This document shows, piece by piece, positions 12,485 through 24,600 of a stretch of DNA of 64,000 nt. Each line of letters opens with the position of its first letter. Positions within the stretch are counted from its first letter, which is position 1. Location of the stretch: positions 71,054,001-71,118,000 of the forward strand of contig CM052816.1 in assembly GCA_028534125.1 (NCBI GenBank). Reading direction: 5' to 3'. A model generated the notes under the pieces. The model ran no database searches, was not told the origin of the DNA, and saw only the letters and a program-made list of their open reading frames with translations. This DNA is from Lama glama (taxonomy: Eukaryota). Both the position numbers and the translations under genes were made by a program.

Positions 12485-12690
12485 AGTTAACACTTACTGA
12501 ATACTTACTATGTATCATACACTGAAACTGAAAACAACACTATGATATAGGCATATTTCCCAGAAACCAGAACTTAAAGAAGTTACACCGTTTGTCCAAA
12601 GTAGTGTAGTTTTAACAGCGGGACTGACATTGAACCAGGCTGAACTACTTGAGAGGTCTCCCTCATGACCAACTTGCAATTCTCTATGTT
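12485..12690 (-). mobile_element. MIR SINE remnant
   Basis: aacacttactgaatacttactatgt...aacaacactatga...gaagttac...ttgtccaaag...attgaaccaggc. Confidence 0.6.
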
Positions 12691-12961
12691 GATGTTGTCT
12701 AAATGAAAATGAAGACAGAACATAGTGGCCCTGCAGTCACCCAGTGAAAGTGATGGCTCTGTGTTGCTGGAAACAAGACGAGCAACATGGAGGAAGGGCT
12801 ACAATTCTAAACAGTAAAATAATTCCTAAAACTTTGTCTTGCACACTGATCCCCATCATCTAGCAACCTAAATACCCCTTTCGTTCCGAAACCTTCCCTT
12901 GTATAATTATCCGTTGTCATCATTATGAACTAAGCACCCTAAATTTCTGTTTATGACATTC

Positions 12962-13387
12962 TTTAACTATATTAAACTATAGTCGATTTATAATATTGTG
13001 TTAATTTCTGGTGTACAGCATAGTGATTCATTTATATACATATCTTCCTTTTCATATTCTTTTTCATTATAGGCCATTACAAGGTATTAAATAGAGTTCC
13101 CTGTGCTATACAGTAGGACCTTGTTGTTTGTTTATTTTATATATAGTAGGTAGTATCTGTGAATCTTGAATTCCCAATTTATCCCTCCACACCTCTTTAC
13201 CTCCTGATCACCATAAGTTTGTTTTCTAGCTCTGTGAGTCTGTCTCTGTTTTATAAATAAGTTCATTTGTGTCCTTTTTTATTTTTTCAAAATTCCACGT
13301 ATGAGTGATATTATATGGTATTTTTCTTCCTCTTTCTGGCTTACTTCATTAGTATGAGAATCTTCAGGTCCATCTATGTTGCTACAT
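12962..13387 (-). mobile_element. 5'-truncated lineage-specific LINE-1 3' end
   Basis: ttgtgttaatttctggtgtacagcatagtgattca...ttccctgtgctatacagtaggacc...ctttctggcttacttca; same family as 4787-5889 and 54816-55333. Confidence 0.9.
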
Positions 13388-16286
13388 TTTATATGGTACT
13401 TTTAAAAAGAGTGGACTTCCTATCAAATGCAAGTGGAAAGACTGGTCTAAAGATTATCAACTAATTAGGTTATTAGAACCTTGATGATTCTTGTGCATGA
13501 AGTTTGTTAGCAGATTTTTCTTGCTTATGGAAATAAGAAAATAACCACAATTTTGAAGGTCCATCAAGAATATGAATTAAATTCCCACTTTGGTGGTCCA
13601 TCAACAATGTTACCTAAGACTTGATTCTATGAAGGAAAATATGATAGTCCATAGTGGTGAGATGAATGATATGTGGGTTATTGTGTAGCATCAGGAAAAT
13701 TAATACAATTCAGAAGTATAATTCCTCTTTAAATGAAATGGGTACAGTAACAGTATTTACTTTATAGAATCATAGTATTTATATTTTTATTAAATGAGAT
13801 AGCTTGATTAAAGTAATTTGAAATTACTGCCTCATAGTAAGCATATGAAATATGGTATTCTTATAAGAAGGCTTTACACTTTTATATAAATGTGGTACCT
13901 TACATAACAAAGTTAGCAATTAATCTTGCCCAGAGTTGACAAGGTCCTAATAACATCATAATAAATAAAAATCTCATGGAAGTGGAGATTGGTTTGCATA
14001 CTAATTTATAATAGAAAACATTGACTTCCATGCCAGCTATGCTATTTATGTCACCAAGGTCTGTAAATGACAATTGAAAGCAAATTTGATTTGTTGCTTT
14101 GCCATTAGATGTTAAGCCATATTTGGGCAAGAATTGATTATCAGCATATCCTCTGCAAGTAGCTCCATGATTAGCATCAATACTGTTTTTTGAAAGAATG
14201 ACTAGAATAGGTTTAATGTAACTCAGATAAAAATAAGGTAGTCTGTGAGATCAGTACTGCATTCAAAAGAACGACTAGTTCAATATCTAGAAAAACAATT
14301 TAAATTGCACAACCTACAGCATAATATCAAAATACCCTCCTATTTTCTCTTGGCAGTTGCTAAAAGAAATTCTCTTTTTCCTACCTTCTCATTATAAATT
14401 CTTGCTCAAACTACTAACCTTAATGCTTTCCCTCTTAGTCTCCTGTTTCCTAACTGTTGTCCCATTCTTTCACCTTCTTGAGTTATCTTGTCTTTCAAGA
14501 GCTGCTCTTTAATACTTTTAGTAGGAGAGATCGCTATAATACTAATTTTTTGTCTCTGTTAGATAACTGTTATCTGCCACAAATCAGAGAACCATTTGTA
14601 TTTTTTGCCACTCAGAAGTCCTCTACGGCCAAGCTGCTCCTTCCCCTTCTCCTCTTTTCCTTCTTTCTTCTCCTCCTCCTCCAGGATAGAGTTGGATTCC
14701 TCCCAGACTTGAGTGGGGAAATTGTGCAATTCATTTTACAGGTTTCTATCGTGACATAACCCAGCCAAAGCAGATGTTGGGGAATTTGAACTCTCATTGC
14801 AGCAGACATATCTGAAGATGGGGATAGTGCTTTCTGAACTCAGTAGAACTGATACTATGCAAAGAAAAATAGAAAGCATGAAACAATCTCTTTTATCACG
14901 AATGAAGTTGGTTACTAAGTATCTCTCTTTTTACAACTGAATAAAGTAAGAACCTTTACATAATAATGCACAAAATTTCTAGGAAGTCCCAGTTTGTAAT
15001 TTAGTCACTCTTACATCATCTGGGGTTTTCCTGTAGCGTTATGATATTAGCATCCCAACTTAAAATAATTCCTTTGTGATCAGTGTTGTCCCTCAATTAA
15101 AAACATACAAATAAAGGAGTGCAATTTCTAATTCAAAATGGTTCTAAGCTTATCGTTTAGTTAACTTTGAACAACAGCGTTTATTGTTGCCTGTTCCAAC
15201 CTTGATTGTTGATATCTGATAAAAGGAGAGTGAATTGGGTCTACGTTCACTTTGGGTCCTTGAGTACTTGCACATTTTAAGTCCATGATTCCCTCTGATA
15301 CTCTCATTCTGAGAGTCTCCATGAGAGCATCTTTCTTTTCATCCTCTCTAACTGGCTTTAGTAATATTTGGTGTATCAACTCCACTGCTGATGACTTCCA
15401 AGCCCCATAAAAATTATTGACCATTCAAGTCCCTTAACTTACCTGAATTCTGTGCTTTTGTTTTTTTATTATTTTACTTTTGTTTTAGTTCTCAAAACAG
15501 TGTCCCATCACTGTACATGATGTGTTACAAATCCTTGAAACAAATTACTTAGAACAATAATTTACCCTGAAATGCAGTTGTAAATATCATTTGATACTCT
15601 CCAGAAACTCTCCACCATAAAAAATACTTTTTCTAGGTGGCCAAACTGTCTATTAAAAAACTCAAGTTCTTGGGGAAAATAATAATGGTCTATAAGGTTC
15701 TTATGGTGGTATAAAATGAACCCATGGTTGACTGATAAGTGAAGTATATATAATATAATCACTAGAGCCATCATTAAAAATGCAAAAAGTTCAAGTAAAA
15801 ATCCAACAAAAGTGATAGAATTAATTGCTAAAACAGTTAATCAACCCAAGGGAAAACAGAAAAGGACCAAGCAAACACACAAAAAAGTGAGACAAAAAAC
15901 AAATAGCAAAGTGATTGATAAACTTAATCTGAGCCACGTTAAATATAATTGAATATAATTGAAAGCAATATTACAATAAAAATCAGGATTGTAAAAATGA
16001 ACTGAAAGAAATATTAAGCAAACACCCATGTGCATCCAATACATCAAACAAAGTAGACTTCACCAGTAGTAAAGAGAGTCATTTCATAATAGAAGGTCAT
16101 GAGCTCATCAAAATGATAATAATCCTACATAAGTATGTACATAATGATAGAACTTCAAAAATATTTGATGCAGTCTTTGAAGATTATAGTTATAAACAGA
16201 CAAATCTACAATTATGATTAAGATATTAACACTCTTCTTTCAGTAACTGATGGAATAGCATGTAGAAGTAAATGTATAAAAGATTT

Positions 16287-16832
16287 GTGTATATATATAC
16301 ACACACACACTATAGTATCCTAGATGTATGTATATCTATATATGTATATGTGTATATGTAACATATATAGATATGTTTATATGTATAGTATATTTATACT
16401 TACATCTAAATAGGTGTATTCTTATGTCCATAATAGGTATATTCTTATATCTATAACCAATATATATTTATATCTATATATAGATATAATATATTTAATA
16501 TATAATATAAATATAAATTACATAATACATTAAATATATAATATAAGTATAAATGATATATTATATATAATATGAATATAAATATATAAATATATAATAT
16601 AAATATAGATATGAATATAGATACAAATATAGGTATAAGTATATATACTTGTGTTAACTTGTTTGAGGGTTTTTGTTAACTGTTAATTAAAGGAAACTTA
16701 GTCACAGTAAGTTAATTAATTATTATGGTGTTCATAAATCTTGTCTTTATCTTTAAGAAAAAGTAAATATATTAAATATGTATATATATATGTGTGTGTA
16801 TAGATATCTATATCTATCTATCCATCCGTCTA
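16287..16832. repeat. (TA)n/AT-rich low-complexity block inside the old L1
   Basis: Degenerate TA/TG/CA/TATC repeats read directly. Confidence 0.9.
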
Positions 16833-17309
16833 TAGAGGAAGATAAAGAGACAGAGACAATTTTCTTAGACTACAATGGAATTAAATTAGAAAATCATACC
16901 TAAAATACCTAGAAACCCTCAAATATTTGAAAAATAAGCAATATGGTTCTAGATAATATGTATGAAAGACCAGAAATCACAAAGGCAATTAATTGGGCAG
17001 TGTTTCAAAATAAAAGATAATGAAAATCCAATATTTCAGACTTGTGAGATGCATGAAAATTTTTTTCTTAAAGAGAAATTTGTTTATTTAAATTCTTTTA
17101 TTATAGAAGAAAGATCTCAAATTATGCGGCTACTCACCTTAGGTAGCAAAAAATAAATAAAAGAAGAGCAAATATAAAACAAAGTAAGTTGAAGAAAGAA
17201 AAAAATGAATATAAATTAATGAAATATGAAACAAAAAACAACAGAGAAATTAAGGCATACGTTAATTCTTAACAGATAAACTAAATTGATAAATTCCTAG
17301 CTAGACTGA

Positions 17310-17314
<5 letters not shown>

Positions 17315-17340
<26 letters not shown>
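17315..17340. repeat. (AG)13 microsatellite
   Basis: Perfect run read directly. Confidence 0.95.
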
Positions 17341-17346
<6 letters not shown>

Positions 17347-20300
17347 ACAATACCAGTAATAGGAATGCCGGAAAAGGTAACACTAACAATTGTTAGTAAC
17401 ATTAAATCGATTAAAAGGGAATATAATAAACAGCATTATGCCAACAATTTGACAACTGAAAAAATGGACAAATTTCTTAAAAGACTAAAATTACCAAAAC
17501 TCACATGAGATTAAATGTAAAATCTGAATGGCTCTATATCTACAAATAAAATTGAATTTGTAGCTTAAAATATTCCCCTGAAGTATCTTCAGGCCTGGAT
17601 TATTTTGCTGATGATGTTTATCAAATATTGATGAAAGAAACAATGTCAATCTTACACAGACTGTTTTAGAAAAGAACAGATGAGAGAACATTCTCTGGTA
17701 CTTTATGACACCAGCAAAACCTTGATAGTAAAACCTGACAGAGAACTGACAAAGAGAGATAATTACAGATAACATATTTTATGAGCAGAGATAAAAAAAA
17801 TACTTAATAAAACCTTTGTAAGTCAAATCTGGCAACATAAATAAAGGATACTAACTCCTGACAAGTGGGTTTTATTCCAGAAATGCAAGTTAGGTTTATC
17901 TTGTGAAGAAGAATTAGTAAAAAATCAACAAATAAATAGACAACTTGAGAAAAATATATGATTGTCTCAAAATGTGCCAAAAAATCATCTGACAGAATTT
18001 AATATGCATTCATAATAATAGTAATAATAATAATTCCCAATAACTTAGAAACAGAAGGGAATTTGATCAAATAAAGTACATCCATGAAAAAACTTTAGTT
18101 AACATGATACTGAGAGATCAGGAAGAAGCCAAGGATATTTGACCTTACCAGCTGTATTCAACATTGTCCTGGAAGTCCTAGCCGGATCTGCAAGTCAAAA
18201 GAAAGAAAAAGCCTAAAAGTAGGACAGGAGGTGAGCTCTTCCTTAACTCACAAAATCCTACAAAGCAATCACAACCGTAACTACTGAAATTGATAAAATA
18301 TGTAGGAAGATCAGAGAATCATGGTCGGTGTAGAAATGCCAACCGCATTCCGTATATTAGCAACATAACAACTGTAAAGGGAATTTGAAATACTGTTTAC
18401 AATAGTGTCAGAACCTTAAAATACTTAAGGATAGATTTATCAAACTATGCACAGGACCTCTGCATTGACAACTAGTAAAAACTACAGAACAAATTCGATT
18501 AAGTCCTAAATAAATGGACAAATATATTATGACAAGGTATGGGAAGATTCAATATTGTTAAGATAGTTTTCCCCCAAATTATGTACACGTTCAGAGTAAT
18601 CTGAGTCAGAATTCTACTGGGCTTTTAATTTTGCAGAACTTGACAAGCTAAATTTCTAATTTGCATAGATTTATATAAAAGCTCAAAGAACCTGCAGTAG
18701 TCAAAAATATCTTAAAAAGGACAAATTTAGAAGTTGTACACAATCTGATTTTAAAATTTAGTATGTAGTTACCATAATCAAAATACCATAGTATTGGCAT
18801 AAGGGTATAAAATATATCAATGGAACAGAATAGAGAACCCAGAAATAGACCTAAATACAAACATTATCAATTGACTTCTAAAAAAGCACTAATGTAATTC
18901 AGTGTGAAAAGGAAACATTCTCATCAAAAGATGCTAAAACAACTGCCTATTGTCTGGGAAAAAGTAAACCTAGACCAATATCTTACTGCATAAACAAAAA
19001 GTAGTCTGAGACAAATTGTGACTCTAAATCTAAAAGGTAAAAATAAAAAAGTTTTTATATAGAAATAGATCTTTGCTACATATTATAGAAGAAATACATA
19101 ATACAGGGCATCAAAAACAGTAAAACACGAAAGTAATTGACAAATTGGGCTGACTCAAAATTAAAAATTTCCGCTCATTAAAGGACCGTTAACAGAATAA
19201 AAAGTCATGCCATGAGACTGAGAAAATAGACGCAATACATAAATCTGAGAAATATTTGTGTCCAAAATAGATAACCCCTACAAATCTGTAATAAAAAGTT
19301 AAAATCCCAATATAAAAATGGGCAAAACAAATAGCTATTTCACAAAAAAAGATACAATGATGACCGATAAAGAAAATAGTGCTCTCATCATTCTTTGCCA
19401 TCAAGGAAATACAAAATTTTTTAACATTCTGTTATACATTGTGATATCACTGTATACTAAATGGTAAAAATTTAGAAGAGTGACAGATCCAACCTTGGCA
19501 AGGATGAGGAGGAATTTTGGATCTCTCACATGTGATTGGTGGTGATGTGAAGTGCTTAGCAGTAATGTAAATCACTTGGCATATCTTTATAAAATTAAAT
19601 TGGCAACTACTCCATGACCCATCTATTTTATTCTTAGGTCTTTTCCAAAATTGAAAGGGAAACATGGGCCCTCCAAAAGATTTGTATAAAAATATTCATA
19701 GCAGTGTTATCTAATTAGCTCCAAACTTGAAATTATATAGTCATATAATTCAATGTCTATAAAAAGATATCAACTACTGATATATATATATATCCCAACA
19801 ATCTGACTGAGAAAAAAGAAGACAGGCACAAAACTACCTACTGTATAATTCACTTTATATAAAGTTCTGAGATAAGCAGTTGCAGAAATCAATTATAGAC
19901 ATAAGAACTATGATGAAAATGTCTGGGATAGGTGGAAGTTTTCTATATCTTGATTTGGGCTTTGGTTATACGAATGTATACTTTTGTCAAAACTCATTAA
20001 ACTCTACTCAAAATCTACATTTTGTGAGTTATACCTCAATAAAATATCACTAGAAAAATTATTGTTTAATAAGTTTTACAATTCTATATCGAAATCTTCC
20101 AAGGGGATCCAAAGAATAACATAATAACATTAAGGATCTTTTCCACTCATCCATATACCTTAACTCCTCAAAGCAGTTAAAAAATGTCTTGTCATTTTCC
20201 CAGATTTTGCTAAGTCAAAATTCCACCATGTACTCTTCTTTCCTCCCTTTGAAAAATTCTTGTTCCCTATTCCTATTTTCCTGATGTTATTTTTATCCGT

Positions 20301-20769
20301 ACGCAGCTCTGTGATCTTTTTTATGGTAATTAATTTAGTCTTTCTTAAGTCGCACAACAAAAGCCCATGCCTATAATTTTGTTCAAACAGCCGAGAGATC
20401 TTTCTCTACAGAAAATTGAGTCAGGAGAATGGCTTGGATGTTACATTCAAGCACAGATACAATAGAATCAAAATGTTTGTTAAATATTTTGTCAGAATAA
20501 CAGATGTTTAATGAATGTAATGGTTAGTGGCATTAGGCTCAGATCAACCATAAGCATGAGTTAAAGGCTGATAAGATTCCAAGATGGCACCCAAAGCTTT
20601 CTCCAGAGTTTTGGACAAGGTGTGGCTGCACACCACCAATATTTATCTGTGTGATTCTTATTTTTCTAAATCTTATGACTGAAACAACCCTTTGGAGACG
20701 GATATTTTCTTTTTGATTTTTTTTTTTTTGGTCATGTTCTGAGTATTCATTTTGTATCATTTCCCCCAG

Positions 20770-20867
20770 GTCTATCACTGGTCTTTACAATGAAAAGAAG
20801 AAAAAAGCTTCCGTCAGTAGATGAAGCCCAGCAAGTGCACGATTTGGTGAACAGCGACATCGCAATG
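20770..20867 (+). other. Candidate internal exon (98 nt), gene unknown
   Basis: Acceptor tcattttgtatcatttcccccag|G and donor ATG|gtaagt. One frame is open (LSLVFTMKRRKKLPSVDEAQQVHDLVNSDIAM). No homology recognised. Confidence 0.3.
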
Positions 20868-21589
20868 GTAAGTGCAGACCTGTACCCAGGTACGAGGTAC
20901 CTGTGGGTTATGTGCTAAATTTCACCCTGTTTTTTGTGTACAGACTACAAAGACATTCATAGTGACTGTGTCTTTTATCTTTCAGGAACATGTCTTTTTT
21001 CTTCTATGCTCATACTGATGTGCTACGTTTCTTTATGCCCTGTGTATCAATTTGAATTCTTGGTTGCAAATAAGAGAAATAAGCTAGTGGAAGTAGAATA
21101 TTTCTGTTTGTTCAAAGTAATGGCTGCACTTCTGGTTAAAAAGATACATGTGTATATATCATTTCTGCTAATTTATTTACATGAGGCTAAATGAAATTCA
21201 TGTCCTTGTACCAAATGGATCTTTCCCTTTACTACCTTGCCTTGGCTGATTTGGAGTAGCTTTTGCTTTAAAAGGGAAGATCCAAGCTTCTCCCTTTCTC
21301 TGTCTCTGAGGAGGACTTAGTAAGACTTTAAATGCTCCCCTGCAGCACCCTTTCCTAAGATAACATTGTTGTGATTCTAAATGGTAATGGAAATAAAGAT
21401 TATTATTTACTTAGATATTTCATCATTTCACACATTTAAATGATTTTTCTATGTAAATATTTAAGTTTTCCTCTTCTTTCTTAAAAGAGTATGAATTTTC
21501 TCCTTGTCAGAATTCAATGTCTAACTATACCAAACTTTATTTAAAAAAATCAAAATCTCAAGAAGTTTAATGTCATTTAAAGTCAAAGC

Positions 21590-22170
21590 TGGAGGGCTGC
21601 TTGTGGGAGTTTCTACAGATCAGGCTTGCTCATGCTTCAGATGTGGGGCAGGGATGTATTTGTTGACTCTGCTGCTGGCGTGGATTGGGCAGCAATGTCC
21701 TGGATGTGGAACTGGAGGTGGGTCCCTGTTCTGTTTCTGTTGCTGCACTGGACCAGATTTGTCACTGGCCCAGGTGTGGGGCAAGGGATGGGCCTCTGTC
21801 CTGGCTTTGCTGCTATAGCCAACTGGATCCTCTGTGCCCTGGGGTGGGGGGGACCATGAAATGGGTCTCCCAGCTAGGTTTCTTTCCTGGCCTTTTCACA
21901 AAAGAGAGCAGGATTTTTTGTTTGTGTGTTTGTTTTGGTCTATAAACATTGGTGCTTGCAGGTTGTAGGCCACTCTGGTGCTCAGTTGATCTATGGGAGA
22001 TGGAAAAAAAATGAAAAACAAAACTCCAGGGAACTCAGTGCTATGAAGCCACCTTTTAAAATATACCTTTCAGAATTCTGAGTCCATTTATGACTGTTGA
22101 ATTATTTCAGGACACGGATACATTTAGATGAGGGGAGCCTGGAAAAGTGAGTCCATGCCATCTCACAACA
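21590..22170 (-). mobile_element. Old LINE-1 5'UTR fragment (L1MC/L1MD 5'-end class)
   Basis: G-rich, CpG-depleted block with gagagcaggatttttt...aaaactccagggaactca...acctttcagaattct...ggaaaagtgagtccatgccatct, resembling recalled old L1M 5' ends. Confidence 0.65.
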
Positions 22171-23271
22171 GCATGGTTTTTGATTAAGATCCAGTTTATG
22201 GTACGCTGTCAAGCAGTTCCAGGGACTCCAGTGTTTTCCATCCTGGCCATTCTTTATTGCCCCTATTTGATCAGTGATTTATTTTTAAAAGTTAGTTCTT
22301 ATGAATCTTGTTCATTAAATATTCCAAGCCTTTTTATCTAATTACAGAATATTTTGCTAGCCTAATTTCATCCTTTCTGCTACAGCTGTCCATATTTATA
22401 CTAATATTTATGCAAGATATATTTCATTATCCCACTTAAGCAAACATTGTGATAATTATGTGCTTCATAATTAAATGTCTTCTTAACTAAGCCCTAGCAC
22501 TTAGAATAAATTCAGCTAAGTGATTGACTCTGGGATGGGTAAATATGTAGGAGAAGACTGTTTGGCTTTGTTTATTAATACATCAGATAAGCTGCCTTTT
22601 GACATCCTAATAGAGACAATATTTCTCTTTTGCTTTAAAAATGAGTCATTTAGCCTCCTACAGTGAAAAAGATTTTACATTGACTTTGAGCTGACCTTCG
22701 TAGCAAAAGATGAACATATTTGCTTTGCAAATTTGATCAAGTATGAGGACAAGTTTTACTTACAGCACAAATGGCTTTACTAATATTGAGGCCCATGATG
22801 TTTGCCTTCCAGCTTTGCCAAAGCTTTAAAGTTGACTTTTAAACAATGGAGTTTTTAACTGTAGAACACCTTTGGGTACATTGTCAGATACAGATAAACC
22901 TCAGCTACCATGGAAATATTAGTGTGGTTAGTGTAACAAAGGTTTTGTTCATCTGAGCAAGAAGAATTGCATTCTAATCATTTTAAGGTTTAGCAGTAAG
23001 GTAGCCCCTTTTTATAGAAAGCCAATGATGGAGCAAATTAGATATGGTAGTTGGCTAGAGAGAGTATATTAGCAGCAGCATCAGAGCCCCTGTCAAAATG
23101 TACATGGGCACTGGTACAAAAATCCACTGCCATCCAGTGTCCATAGGCTCTTGAGGAAGTCGGCTTTGTTAATTACTAGTGAATAGAATCCCTGTAAGAA
23201 AAGATTAGATTCTGAGCTCTTTGTTTGCTGGTGATCTTCCTTTTTACAGCCTAATCAGACACAGCATTTCT

Positions 23272-23653
23272 CTGGTCACCTGTCTGAATTATGGTCCTCC
23301 AGTGATGTCCTTGCTCTAATTTAAGAACCTTTACAAAGAAAAATTACTTTACAAAGAAAAATTGATTTTCAGATGTGATTAATTTAAGGAGCTTGAGATG
23401 GGGAATATTATCCAGTTAGAAACAAGGTAATCACAAGAGTTAGTTCTAAGAGGGAGGCAGGAGGGTCAGAGAGAAAAAGAGAGATTGAAAGATGCTTGAC
23501 TGTTTTAACATCTATTGGAGCATCCAGAAGGAATGCAGCTCTCCTGACTTACTTTACACTTCTGACTTCCAGAATTTTAGGAGAAAAAATTAGTGTTATT
23601 TCAAGCTACTGAATTTGCGGTAATTTGTTGTAGCAGCAGCACAGAACTAATAC
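23272..23653 (+). mobile_element. MaLR solo LTR, MLT1D-like
   Basis: cagatgtgattaatttaaggagcttgagatgggg...ccagaaggaatgcagctct...ttctgacttccagaa...tttgcggtaatttgttgtagcagca...aactaatac. Confidence 0.85.
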
Positions 23654-24059
23654 TCTACAGCCAGAAGAGTTTGCCATTAAACAAAGTATGACTAAGCCAT
23701 TACATTTCTGAGAATTAACACATATTCATTTTACTTGTGTGCACATGTATATACAAATTTGTATATATTTATATATGTGGGTTATTTTTATACTTTTTCT
23801 ACAGACTTCAATTTTTTATTTTGAGCATTTTTTTAATCTTTGTAAATAGAAAAAATTGTTTAATGCATAAAATTGAAAGAATATTTGAGACTTATAGGGA
23901 GTGTATCAGTTGTGGAAACATGAAGTAAAGAAATTTACTTAATAGTACTTAAATATAACATTTCCCTTTAGAAAGGGCAATCTTAATCTCAATAAGCACT
24001 TAAAAAAATCGCATCAAAACAAATTAAACATTGTCTTCTCTTTGACTGGATTCTTAGAT

Positions 24060-24600
24060 AAAACCTTAGTAGAACAATTTTTTCTGTGTGTACTAGGAAA
24101 TTGTACAATGTGTCTATAGTGGCAACGTTGCCAATACAAATATCTGGACACTACAAAATAACCATCAACAGAAAAATAAGTAGATCAGCTGTGGTACAGA
24201 TTATTGTGCAGCAGCAAAAATGAATTCACTTTAGCTAAACACATCAGAGAATGATGAAATGTGAAAAGGGCAAGTCAGGGATTTTGTATAATTCCATTGT
24301 ACAATGTTCAATACATACACAATGAAAAATACCATTTGAAATACCAATACATGTGGTGAAAAATATTCATAAAAGTCAGGGGAATGATAAACAAAAGATT
24401 TAGTACAGTGGTTAATGGAGAGAACAGGAGAAGGAACTAGATCAATGATCAGGGGAGGTTGCACAAGGGAATTTACACATAAAGTTAATTTTCTCCCTTA
24501 AATTGATGTTTGTTACTATATGTTTAGCCTTTATACTTTACATATAGTTTATGAACAAATTTTGTCTACTTAATATTTAATAAAACATTTATATAAAAAT
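24060..24600 (+). mobile_element. Old LINE-1 3' end (L1ME class)
   Basis: ccatcaacagaaaa...ctgtggtac...gcagcaaaaatgaat...gtataattccattgtac...gggaatgataaacaaaagatttag. Confidence 0.65.

Larger units (their letters stand above)
15770..20045 (+). mobile_element. Old, heavily decayed LINE-1 (L1MD/L1ME class): most of ORF2 plus 3'UTR
   Basis: A-rich colinear ORF2 remnants (actacaatggaattaaattagaaa; gggaagattcaatattgttaagat; atggaacagaatagagaacccagaaatagacc) ending tgtcaaaactcattaaact...ttatacctcaataaaa. No open frame. Confidence 0.85.

Noticed and set aside
21570..21945. Four overlapping ORFs in a G-rich block
   Set aside because: The block resembles an old L1 5'UTR; GC-rich composition reduces stop codons and no domain is recognisable.
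24120..24133. Perfect 14-bp palindrome tggcaacgttgcca
   Set aside because: Lies in an old L1 remnant, and the half-sites are oriented opposite to an RFX X-box; plausible by chance.
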